Part shown: one piece after another, positions 18,474 through 27,140 of the stretch
Position numbering within the stretch: position 1 is the first letter of the stretch
Layout: every line of letters starts with the position of its first letter
DNA from: Agathobacter sp.
GTDB taxonomy: Bacteria; Bacillota; Clostridia; Lachnospirales; Lachnospiraceae
Length of the DNA: 64,000 nucleotides
Assembly: GCA_022772675.1 (NCBI GenBank)
Contig: JALEZW010000015.1
Coordinates: forward strand, 4,495-68,494
Direction: 5' to 3'
Program-made: the position numbers and the translations under genes
The notes under the pieces: model-generated
Told to the model about the DNA's origin: nothing
Database searches by the model: none
The model's input: the letters and a program-made list of their open reading frames with translations, nothing else

Positions 18474-20924
18474 ATGACAAAAAAAGAATTTGCAGAGTTT
18501 ATCATAGAAAAAGGACCGGTCATTCTGGACGGGGCAACCGGAACAAACCTGATGGCGGCAGGAATGCCGGTAGGAGTCTGCCCGGAACAGTGGGTGCTTG
18601 ATAATCCACAGGTGCTTAAGGATTTGCAGAAAAGTTATGTGGAGGCAGGAAGCCATATCGTATATGCCTCCACATTTACCGGAAACCGGATTAAATTTCA
18701 GGAATACGGGTTAGAGGATCGGCTGGAGGAAATTAATACAAAGCTTGTGGAACTTTCCCGGGAGGCCGTGGGGGATCAGGCTCTTGTGGCCGGGGACATG
18801 ACTATGACCGGACAGCAGCTGTTTCCCATGGGAGATCTTCTTTTTGAGGAATTGGTTACAGTCTATAAAGAGCAGGCAAAGGTGTTGGAGCAGGCAGGAG
18901 TGGATCTCTTTGTGGTGGAAACCATGATGAGTCTCCAGGAGTGCCGTGCGGCCGTTATTGCCATCCGGGAGGTAAGCGACCTCCCAATCATGGTAACCCT
19001 TACCTACAACGAGGATGGCCGGACGCTGTTTGGAACACCGCCGGAAACTGCGGTGGTGGTACTGCAGTCACTGGGAGTGGATGCAATCGGAATCAACTGT
19101 TCTACAGGCCCCATGGAGATGGTGGAGCCTGTGAAGAAAATGGCAGAGTATGCAACGGTTCCAATCATTGCAAAGCCGAATGCCGGGCTGCCGGAGCTGG
19201 AGGGAAAACAGACAGTATATAAGATGACCCCGGAGGAGTTTGCAGAGGCAGGCACTGCACTTGTGGAGGCGGGGGCGGCAGTCATAGGAGGCTGCTGCGG
19301 CACCACACCGGCACATATTAAGGCACTTTCCCATGCAGTCCGTGGAAAAACGCTGCATAAGCCTTTGGAGAGACACCGCAGGATTCTTGCCTCAGAGCGG
19401 AAAAATGTGGAAATCAGTCTGGATGGAAACTTCCTGGTTGTAGGAGAGAGAATCAATCCTACAGGAAAAAAGAAACTGCAGGCAGAGCTTCGTGAGGGAA
19501 AGCTGGACCTGGTGCGTGAGATGGCCATGCAGCAGGAGGAAAACGGTGCGGCAGTTCTTGATATCAATATGGGAATGAACGGAATTGACGAAAAAGAAAT
19601 GATGGAGCAGGTTATTTACGAGGTCTCTGCAACGGTGGACTGTCCGCTCTGTCTGGATACGAGCCATATTGATGTAATGGAGGCGGCTCTTCGGATTTAT
19701 CCGGGACGGGCCCTTATCAATTCCGTTTCACTGGAAAAAGAGAAGATTGAGCATATGCTCCCGCTGGCGAAAAAATATGGGGCAATGTTTGTTCTCCTTC
19801 CTCTTTCCGATGAGGGACTTCCGAAAAGTGCTGCAGAAAAACAGGAAATTATTGAAACGGTTTACAGCCGTGCCATGGAGCTGGGGATGGCCCATGAGGA
19901 TATTGTGGTGGACGGACTGGTGGCGACAATCGGAGCAAATCCGGATGCGGCAAAGGAATGTTATGACACCATTTCCTATTGTAAGGAAGTAAAGAAGCTG
20001 CCGACCATCTGCGGCCTTTCCAATATTTCCTTCGGGCTGCCGGAGCGGAGCTATGTGAATACCGCATTTCTTACCATGGCAATCTGCAGGGGTCTTACCA
20101 TGGCAATTGCCAATCCTTCCCAGGAACTTCTGATGAATGCTGCCTTTGCCTCGGACATGCTTTTGCACCGGCCGGAGAGCGACATCCGTTATATTGAGCG
20201 GATGAATAAGCTGGCGGAGGAAAAGGCCGGATATGAAACCGTTGTCGTAAAGAAGGAAAAGCAGGAGACAAAATCCGGGGAAGCATCTGCTGCTGACGGG
20301 GCAGAAAATCCTGTATATACTGCGGTTTTAAAGGGAAATAAGGGCAGTGTGATTGATGAGGTAAAGCATGTGCTGGATGCCGGGATTAAGCCGGATACTA
20401 TTATCAATGACTACCTGATTCCCGCAATCAATGAAGTGGGTGTGCTGTTTGAGAAGAAGAAATATTTCCTGCCCCAGCTCATTGCAAGTGCCAATACCAT
20501 GAAGCTGGCCATTGATTATTTAGAGCCTATGTTAGAGCGCAAAAACGATGGGAAAGAAATGCCGACACTGGTGATTGCAACGGTGGAGGGAGATATCCAT
20601 GATATTGGCAAGAACCTGGTGGTTCTCATGCTGAAAAACTATGGATATCATGTTATCGACATGGGAAAGGATGTTCCCTGTGAGGAAATCGTGGATACCG
20701 CCATACGGGAAAATGCTGCAATTATCGGTCTTTCCGCCCTTATGACAACCACGATGATGCGGATGCAGGATGTGGTGGAAATCTGTAAGGAAAAAGGCTG
20801 TAAGAGTAAAGTGATTATCGGTGGAGCCTGCATTACAGAGAGTTTTGCCAGGGAGATTGGAGCGGATGGATATTCGAAGGATGCGGCAGAGTGTGTGAAG
20901 CTGGTGGAGAGGTTACTGGTATGA
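18474..20924 (+). CDS. metH: methionine synthase (homocysteine-binding, pterin-binding and B12-binding modules; no reactivation domain)
   Basis: Contains an Hcy S-methyltransferase domain (GGCCGTTP), a pterin-binding domain, and a B12 cap plus the DxHxxG motif (GDIHDIGKN). 816 aa. Confidence 0.9.
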   Translation: MTKKEFAEFIIEKGPVILDGATGTNLMAAGMPVGVCPEQWVLDNPQVLKDLQKSYVEAGSHIVYASTFTGNRIKFQEYGLEDRLEEINTKLVELSREAVGDQALVAGDMTMTGQQLFPMGDLLFEELVTVYKEQAKVLEQAGVDLFVVETMMSLQECRAAVIAIREVSDLPIMVTLTYNEDGRTLFGTPPETAVVVLQSLGVDAIGINCSTGPMEMVEPVKKMAEYATVPIIAKPNAGLPELEGKQTVYKMTPEEFAEAGTALVEAGAAVIGGCCGTTPAHIKALSHAVRGKTLHKPLERHRRILASERKNVEISLDGNFLVVGERINPTGKKKLQAELREGKLDLVREMAMQQEENGAAVLDINMGMNGIDEKEMMEQVIYEVSATVDCPLCLDTSHIDVMEAALRIYPGRALINSVSLEKEKIEHMLPLAKKYGAMFVLLPLSDEGLPKSAAEKQEIIETVYSRAMELGMAHEDIVVDGLVATIGANPDAAKECYDTISYCKEVKKLPTICGLSNISFGLPERSYVNTAFLTMAICRGLTMAIANPSQELLMNAAFASDMLLHRPESDIRYIERMNKLAEEKAGYETVVVKKEKQETKSGEASAADGAENPVYTAVLKGNKGSVIDEVKHVLDAGIKPDTIINDYLIPAINEVGVLFEKKKYFLPQLIASANTMKLAIDYLEPMLERKNDGKEMPTLVIATVEGDIHDIGKNLVVLMLKNYGYHVIDMGKDVPCEEIVDTAIRENAAIIGLSALMTTTMMRMQDVVEICKEKGCKSKVIIGGACITESFAREIGADGYSKDAAECVKLVERLLV

Positions 20925-21147
20925 AGCCGTATGGACTCCCAGAGGGATCACACGGAAGACAGTCTGTGATACGGTAACAGATTTGTTTTGTGAGTGAAAT
21001 ATTACATCAGAGGATGTAGAGGAGAAAAATGATTTAGCTATGTCCCTAAGGCTTCCTTGATGTGCCAAAGGATGCAGGAGGGGGAGGAGGGGACATAGGT
21101 CTGATAAAGTAAGAAAATGTTGAAATATAAAAAAATAAAAATTTTTG

Positions 21148-21176
21148 TTGACATTTGGTCACGGGCACGCTATAAT
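21148..21176 (+). promoter_or_regulatory. sigma-A type promoter for the tRNA pair
   Basis: Consensus TTGACA (21148-21153), a 17-nt spacer, and consensus TATAAT (21171-21176), with an A/T-rich UP-like tract upstream. Confidence 0.6.
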
Positions 21177-21211
21177 AAACAAGTCGGTCGGCAATATGGC
21201 TGATAAGAAAT

Positions 21212-21284
21212 GGGATCTTAGCTCAGCTGGGAGAGCATCTGCCTTACAAGCAGAGGGTCATAGGTTCGAGCCCTATAGGTCCCA
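21212..21284 (+). tRNA. tRNA-Val (anticodon TAC)
   Basis: Folds into a cloverleaf by hand: acceptor GGGATCT/AGGTCCC, D arm GCTC/GAGC, anticodon loop CTTACAA, T loop TTCGAGC. Confidence 0.9.
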
Positions 21285-21313
21285 TTGACAGCATCGAAAG
21301 ATGCACTTCCTAT

Positions 21314-21387
21314 GGCGAGGTGGCTCAACTGGCTAGAGCGTCCGGTTCATACCCGGGAGGTTGAGAGTTCGAGTCTCTCCCTCGCTA
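21314..21387 (+). tRNA. tRNA-Met (anticodon CAT; elongator-like, Ile2 not excluded)
   Basis: Acceptor GGCGAGG/CCTCGCT (G1-U72), anticodon stem TCCGG/CCGGG with loop TTCATAC, T arm GAGAG TTCGAGT CTCTC. It lacks the three G-C pairs typical of initiator tRNA. Confidence 0.85.
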
Positions 21388-21821
21388 CTAATTTTTAAAA
21401 ATGATAATTGTTGGAGGTGTTAATTTTACTGGGGAGAGGAGATTTGGATAGTATTCTGGCTTAGTAAGTCAAACCGGAAGGGGAATCAAAGAGGCAGTCA
21501 GAACTGTGAATCGATCTATGATCGGTTTATTTTTTTTACACAAAAACAGAGAAGGAGCAGAAACTTGCCATTCCTGTCCATGTCAAGAATCCTGACATTC
21601 TTGCTATGATGTACGATTCTCCCATCCTTGTCTGGCTGGGGGAATGTGACCGACACCCTGAAAAAGAAGAAGAGTGTATGAAGGCATTGGAGTTACATGT
21701 CAGATTATTTTATAAAACATTTCACCGGGAAAAAAATTAAAATGAGCCAGACGCAAAAGACGCAGTGCTGAATGAAGAAGGCATTCAGTTACTGTGTTTT
21801 TTCTGCCAGAAAGGAGTTATC

Positions 21822-22643
21822 ATGATTATTGATACACATGTACACATTGGTGGTGAAGCTATGGGGTTTCACATGAATGAAGCGATTGTAATGGAAGCGA
21901 TGGAAAAATACGGCATTGATTTTTCCATCGTGTCCAATGCTGATGCCGGTGAAGTTGATCATAAGCAGAAACTTATACCGCAGCATCTGCAAATATCACA
22001 GGAAGATTCACTGCGTAGAACCATTCAGTTTGCCAGAAAGTATCCGGGAAAAATAGGGGTAGCACCATGGGTAAAACCACTGACACAAGGAATAACAAAA
22101 GAATTTGAAGAAATGGTATATGCTAATCAGGATATCATCTGTGCAATAAAACTTCACCCTTATCACTCGCATATAGCACCCACAGACAAATCAGTTCTTC
22201 CATATATTGAACTAGCAGAAAAGGTAAATGTTCCTGTTGTATCCCATACAGGAAATAGCGACGATGATGCCCCTGAACGTTTGTATGAAGCAGCGAAATT
22301 ATTTCCAAAAGTCCCTTTTGTAATGGTTCATATGGGACTTGGCACTGACAATAAAAAGGCACTTGAACTTTTAGGAAAGGCAGATAATCTTTATGGTGAC
22401 ACTTCATGGGTTCCCATGCAGACAACCATCGAAGCAATCAGAACATATGGCAGCAAACGTATCATGTTCGGAAGTGATATGCCAATTGATGGTGTTGATA
22501 CATACCTGCACAATCCCCAGGGCGAACGTTCTTTGTATCAGGATTATTTTTATAAACTACCAAAATTGATTACTCCAAAAGAGTATGATGATCTCATGTT
22601 TCAAAATGCAATGAGAGTGTTCAAGTTGGACTATGTGATGTAA
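21822..22643 (+). CDS. amidohydrolase-family (TIM-barrel metal-dependent hydrolase) protein
   Basis: MIIDTHVHIGGE metal-binding HxH, later VSHTG, VHMG and FGSDMP. AGGAG RBS; the ORF-track start at 21765 is an extension. Confidence 0.75.
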   Translation: MIIDTHVHIGGEAMGFHMNEAIVMEAMEKYGIDFSIVSNADAGEVDHKQKLIPQHLQISQEDSLRRTIQFARKYPGKIGVAPWVKPLTQGITKEFEEMVYANQDIICAIKLHPYHSHIAPTDKSVLPYIELAEKVNVPVVSHTGNSDDDAPERLYEAAKLFPKVPFVMVHMGLGTDNKKALELLGKADNLYGDTSWVPMQTTIEAIRTYGSKRIMFGSDMPIDGVDTYLHNPQGERSLYQDYFYKLPKLITPKEYDDLMFQNAMRVFKLDYVM

Positions 22644-22797
22644 AAATGTGCTGATTAGTTGTGGTTCTTGCAGGTGGACTAGCGGGTTGCCGTAACGGTA
22701 ATTTTGATGAGAATAGCGAGAAAAGAATAGAGCAGGATGTTGATACGAAAGAGAACAGTTCTGAATAGTTACTAAAAAAGAGGAAAGCAGGAAAGAT

Positions 22798-23847
22798 ATG
22801 TTACGACCGAAAATAGGCCTGGACTGGGATGACGTGACTGCCCCGTTCAACAGCCTTGCCATTACAATGGCAAATGAAAAATATCAGTTTGATCCGCCCC
22901 TTGGGATGGAGGAAATTACCTCCTGGGAAAATACAGGGCGTACATCTGTGATTAAAGAGTTTTATTCTGATGAGGAACTGTACAGAAGACAGGTGGTTCC
23001 GGAGAAAACGAAGCGGGCAGTGAGAAAGCTTATGGATATTGCAGATGTTTACTTTATTACAGCTGTTTCACCGCAGTTTATGGGAATCCGGGCAAAACAG
23101 ATCCTTACGGCTTTTCCGGAGTTCCCGCCGGAAAATATCATATTGGGCAATGCCAAGAATCTGGTGCAGTTTGATATTATACTGGATGACGCCATTCACA
23201 ATGTGCTGGAGACACCGGCTGCCTATCCGGTTCTGATGCGAAAACCGTGGAACCGTAAGATGACAGGTCTGCTTTCCGTAAATAATATGAGCGAGTTTGT
23301 GTCTCTGGTCAAACAGATTATCCATGCATCCCAGACCCGCGCGTCGAAAATTACCGGTCCATCGGTTTTGGCACTGGTGGGGCCTTCCGGCTCCGGAAAG
23401 AGTGATGTGACGGCAAATCTGTGTCAGGATTACCGGTTTGTAAGCCCGAAGACTTACTGTACCAAGCACAGCAGCAAACACCATTATCTGAGCGAACAGG
23501 AATTTGCCAGACAGAATTTTTTTGAGCAGACCATGTATGCAGGGGTCCGTTACGGAACGAAAAAAGAGGATATCCAGGCAGTTTTGGATGATGGAAAGTA
23601 TGCGGTGATTCCTCTGGATATGTGCGGTGCCATTGCCATGAAACGGCATTTCCCCACTTCCATCATTTATATTGCGAGAGATAAGGAAAAGCTGATCGAA
23701 GATGTGATTACAGAGGATTTTTCCGTGGAGGAAAAGACCCTTCGCATTTTATCGCTGGATGCGGAAAAAAGAAACAGGGAAATCTGCGATTTTGAAATCA
23801 ATAACCGGGATGGAAGAGGCAGTGAACGGATTTTACAACTGATATAA
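22798..23847 (+). CDS. fusion protein: 5'(3')-deoxyribonucleotidase-like HAD domain plus guanylate-kinase-like P-loop domain
   Basis: The N-terminus IGLDWDDVTAPF (DxD HAD motif I) resembles the NT5C family. The C-terminal half has GPSGSGKS and ...YGTKKEDI..DGKYAVIPLD, a guanylate-kinase-like pattern. Confidence 0.6.
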   Translation: MLRPKIGLDWDDVTAPFNSLAITMANEKYQFDPPLGMEEITSWENTGRTSVIKEFYSDEELYRRQVVPEKTKRAVRKLMDIADVYFITAVSPQFMGIRAKQILTAFPEFPPENIILGNAKNLVQFDIILDDAIHNVLETPAAYPVLMRKPWNRKMTGLLSVNNMSEFVSLVKQIIHASQTRASKITGPSVLALVGPSGSGKSDVTANLCQDYRFVSPKTYCTKHSSKHHYLSEQEFARQNFFEQTMYAGVRYGTKKEDIQAVLDDGKYAVIPLDMCGAIAMKRHFPTSIIYIARDKEKLIEDVITEDFSVEEKTLRILSLDAEKRNREICDFEINNRDGRGSERILQLI

Positions 23848-23970
23848 GAAAAATTTATAGCCAGCTATAAAAATAAAGAACTAACACTTTTCCTATAGAT
23901 TTGGTATGATAATCCCAGAACGAAGAAACAAAAAACAAGAAGATGGAGATAAAGTAAAGGAGAGTAGATT

Positions 23971-25278
23971 ATGAGTAAAAAACATTATGCAGACAGAAAT
24001 TTAAAATTTGAGACATTACAGACCCACGTAGGACAGGAAAGCGCAGATCCGGTGACAGACGCAAGAGCAGTTCCGATTTACCTTACATCCTCCTATGTAT
24101 TCCATAACAGCCAGCATGCCGCAGACCGTTTTGGATTAAAGGATGCCGGAAATATTTACGGACGTCTGACCAACCCTACAGAGGACGTATTTGAAAAGAG
24201 AATTGCAGCTCTTGAGGGCGGAGTTGCAGCCCTTGCAGTGGGCTCCGGTGCCGCAGCAATTACCTATGCACTTCAGGCTGTTGCCCATGCAGGCGACCAC
24301 ATTGTTGCAGCAAAGAATATTTACGGAGGCACCTATAACCTTTTGGCTCATACGCTTCCGGATTACGGAATCACAGCTACCTTTGTAGACCCATTTAATT
24401 ATGATGAGATTGAGGCTGCAATTCAGGATAATACCAAAGCTATCGAGATTGAGACACTGGGTAATCCGAATTCTGAAGTAGTAGATATTGAGAAGATTGC
24501 AGGAATTGCCCATGCACACGGAATCCCACTTATCGTGGACAATACATTTGCAACGCCTTATCTGGTTCGCCCGATTGAGTATGGTGCAGATATTGTTGTT
24601 CATTCTGCCACCAAGTTTATCGGCGGACACGGAACAACCATCGGTGGTGTTATCGTGGACAGCGGTAAGTTTGACTGGGCAGCATCTGACAAATATCCAT
24701 GGCTGACCGAGCCCAACGTATCCTACCATGGAGTAAGTTTCGCAAAGGATTGCGCTCCGGCAGCATTTGCCACCTATATCCGTGCGATTCTGTTACGTGA
24801 TACCGGCGCAACACTTTCTCCGGTTCATGCTTTTATTTTCCTGCAGGGACTTGAGACCTTATCTCTCCGGGTAGAGCGTCATGTGGAGAATGCTCTTAAG
24901 GTTGTAAAATATCTGGAGAGCCAGCCGTTGGTTGAAAAGGTGAACCATCCGTCAGTTTCTGAGGATCCTGAGCAGCAGGCACTGTATAAGAAGTACTTCC
25001 CGAACGGCGGAGGATCTATCTTTACCTTCGAGATTAAGGGGGATGCAAAGAAAGCACAGGAGTTTATTGACAATCTGGAGCTGTTCTCCCTTCTTGCCAA
25101 CGTAGCGGATGTGAAGTCCCTTGCCATTCATCCGGCAAGCACCACACATTCTGAGTGCAATGAGGCAGAACTTCTGGATCAGGGCATTAAGCCGAATACC
25201 ATCCGTCTGTCCATCGGAACAGAAAATATTGATGATATTATTGAGGATCTGGACGAGGCATTTAAGGCAATCCAGTAA
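23971..25278 (+). CDS. metY: O-acetylhomoserine sulfhydrylase (aminocarboxypropyltransferase)
   Basis: Cys/Met-metabolism PLP enzyme with SATKFIGGHG lysine motif; 435 aa, typical MetY/CysD length. Confidence 0.9.
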   Translation: MSKKHYADRNLKFETLQTHVGQESADPVTDARAVPIYLTSSYVFHNSQHAADRFGLKDAGNIYGRLTNPTEDVFEKRIAALEGGVAALAVGSGAAAITYALQAVAHAGDHIVAAKNIYGGTYNLLAHTLPDYGITATFVDPFNYDEIEAAIQDNTKAIEIETLGNPNSEVVDIEKIAGIAHAHGIPLIVDNTFATPYLVRPIEYGADIVVHSATKFIGGHGTTIGGVIVDSGKFDWAASDKYPWLTEPNVSYHGVSFAKDCAPAAFATYIRAILLRDTGATLSPVHAFIFLQGLETLSLRVERHVENALKVVKYLESQPLVEKVNHPSVSEDPEQQALYKKYFPNGGGSIFTFEIKGDAKKAQEFIDNLELFSLLANVADVKSLAIHPASTTHSECNEAELLDQGIKPNTIRLSIGTENIDDIIEDLDEAFKAIQ

Positions 25279-25412
25279 TTGTTCTGTTCGCTACAGTAAC
25301 GATTAAGTCATGTTCTCAATAAAGAACACCCAAACAGATTGAATTTCCTTATCAAGGAGTATACAATAGTTTTTGGCTAATAAAGAAATTTTAAATAGAT
25401 AAGGAGATTGTT

Positions 25413-26396
25413 ATGTTTGGTTTTGGACAACTGATTGATGTATTGAAAAAAAATCCGAAGAAAATCGTATTTACAGAGGGAAGCGATCCGCGTATTCTTG
25501 AGGCTGCCTCCCGCCTGCTGGCCAGCAATTTCCTGCATCCGATTCTCGTAGGAGATGAGGCTGAGATAGATAAGGCAGCAGAGGAGTGCGGTTTTAATAT
25601 TCGCGGTGCAGAGATTATTAATCCTAAGAATTTTGACCGAATGGAGGAGATGATAGATCTTTTCTGTGAGCTGAGAAAGAGCAAGGGTGTGACACCGGAT
25701 CAGGCAAGAGGAATGCTTTCTCAGGCAAATTATTTTGGAACCATGCTGGTGAAGATGGGAATTGCAGATGCGTTATTAGGTGGAGCAACCTACTCTACAG
25801 CGGATACGGTTCGTCCGGCACTTCAGTTAATTAAGACAAAGCCGGGAAATACCATCGTATCTTCCTGCTTCATTCTGGTACGTCCGTCTGCAACAGGTGA
25901 GAATGAGGTTCTTGCTATGGCTGACTGTGCTATCAATATCCATCCTACCGAGGATGAGCTGGTTGAGATTGCCGGAGAGTCTGCGGAGTGTGCAAAGATT
26001 TTCGGTGTAGACCCGAAGGTCGCATTTTTAAGCTATTCCACATTTGGTTCCGGAAAAGGTGAGGACGTGGATAAGATGCGCAATGCTGCCCACAAGGCTC
26101 AGAAAAAATATCCGGATCTTCCGATTGCGGGTGAATTACAGTTTGATGCTGCCGTTTCTCCGAGAGTAGCACGTACCAAGTGTCCGGATAACAAAATTGC
26201 AGGTCATGCAAATACCTTTATCTTCCCGGATATCAATGCAGGAAATATCGGTTATAAGATTGCACAGAGACTTGGTAATTTTGAGGCATACGGTCCGATT
26301 CTTTTGGGACTCAATGCTCCAATCAATGATTTGTCCCGTGGATGCAATGCTTCTGAAGTATATTCCATGGCAATTATTACCGCAGCATTGGCATAA
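25413..26396 (+). CDS. pta: phosphate acetyltransferase
   Basis: KKIVFTEGSDPRILEAA and a C-terminal GP(I/L)LLGLNAPINDLSRG, typical of a short Pta. Confidence 0.9.
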   Translation: MFGFGQLIDVLKKNPKKIVFTEGSDPRILEAASRLLASNFLHPILVGDEAEIDKAAEECGFNIRGAEIINPKNFDRMEEMIDLFCELRKSKGVTPDQARGMLSQANYFGTMLVKMGIADALLGGATYSTADTVRPALQLIKTKPGNTIVSSCFILVRPSATGENEVLAMADCAINIHPTEDELVEIAGESAECAKIFGVDPKVAFLSYSTFGSGKGEDVDKMRNAAHKAQKKYPDLPIAGELQFDAAVSPRVARTKCPDNKIAGHANTFIFPDINAGNIGYKIAQRLGNFEAYGPILLGLNAPINDLSRGCNASEVYSMAIITAALA

Positions 26397-26414
26397 ATTT
26401 TTGTACATAAAGTT

Positions 26415-26450
26415 CGGGGCTGTCGCTTTTTGTGGCAGCCCCGTATTTGT
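26415..26450 (+). terminator. intrinsic terminator after pta
   Basis: CGGGGCTG...CAGCCCCG stem followed by TATTTGT. A second hairpin AGGGGCAAAA/TTTTGCCCCT lies at 26480-26503. Confidence 0.6.
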
Positions 26451-26531
26451 GTTATTAAGAAAAGGTATATTATGAAATGAGGGGCAAAATACCTTTTGCC
26501 CCTTGTATCATATTATGATAGGAGAAGAAAA

Positions 26532-27071
26532 ATGAGAGTAGGAATGGGATATGATGTCCACAAACTGGTGGAAGGAAGAAAACTGATTCTTGGAGGAGTG
26601 GAAATTCCACATCCCCTTGGTCTGTTGGGACATTCGGATGCGGATGTTCTGGTGCATGCCATTATGGATGCACTGCTTGGAGCCGCGGCACTGGGAGATA
26701 TCGGCAGGCATTTTCCGGACACAGATTCCCGATATAAAGGAATCTCCAGCATGAAGCTATTGGAGCATGTGCGTGATCTGCTGGAAGAAAACGGTTATGT
26801 GGTAGAAAATATTGATGCCACCGTGATTGCCCAGAAGCCAAAATTAAGACCTTATATTGAGCAGATGGAAGAAAATATTGCAGAGACACTTGGCATTGCA
26901 AAGGATCAGATTAATATCAAGGCAACAACAGAGGAAGGGCTGGGCTTTACCGGTACCCAGCAGGGAATTTCCGCTCAGGCGGTCTGTCTGTTAAACGGAT
27001 TTTATGAAAGCAGTGTAGCGGTTGGCGGAAATTGCAGTGGATGTTCCGGCTGCAGTAAACAAAATGCGTGA
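26532..27071 (+). CDS. ispF: 2-C-methyl-D-erythritol 2,4-cyclodiphosphate synthase
   Basis: [12 protein letters not shown]...[19 protein letters not shown]; RBS GGAG. Carries a non-canonical C-terminal tail. Confidence 0.9.
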   Translation: MRVGMGYDVHKLVEGRKLILGGVEIPHPLGLLGHSDADVLVHAIMDALLGAAALGDIGRHFPDTDSRYKGISSMKLLEHVRDLLEENGYVVENIDATVIAQKPKLRPYIEQMEENIAETLGIAKDQINIKATTEEGLGFTGTQQGISAQAVCLLNGFYESSVAVGGNCSGCSGCSKQNA

Positions 27072-27140
27072 CTTTTACGCGCAAGTATTGTAAGATAAAG
27101 GTACGATAATAGTAAGATAGAGGACGGAAAGGCTGTTATT

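Noticed and set aside
20925-21147. Possible small RNA (6S-like) in the 220-nt gap between metH and the tRNA promoter
   Set aside because: The 5' and 3' ends do not pair into the long irregular hairpin expected for 6S RNA. I saw only local hairpins consistent with a metH terminator. There is no promoter except the one assigned to the tRNAs.
21388-23847. tRNA-Met-adjacent genomic island or prophage
   Set aside because: I could see no integrase, no phage or conjugation genes, and no direct repeat of the tRNA 3' end downstream. Only weak compositional and gene-content hints remain, and these are reported as low-interest findings.
27072-27140. Possible T-box leader upstream of cysS (and S-box or B12 riboswitches upstream of metH and metY)
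   Set aside because: The leaders are only ~70-120 nt, AT-rich, and lack a specifier hairpin, T-box sequence or SAM-I core motifs by eye. They are too short for these riboswitch classes.
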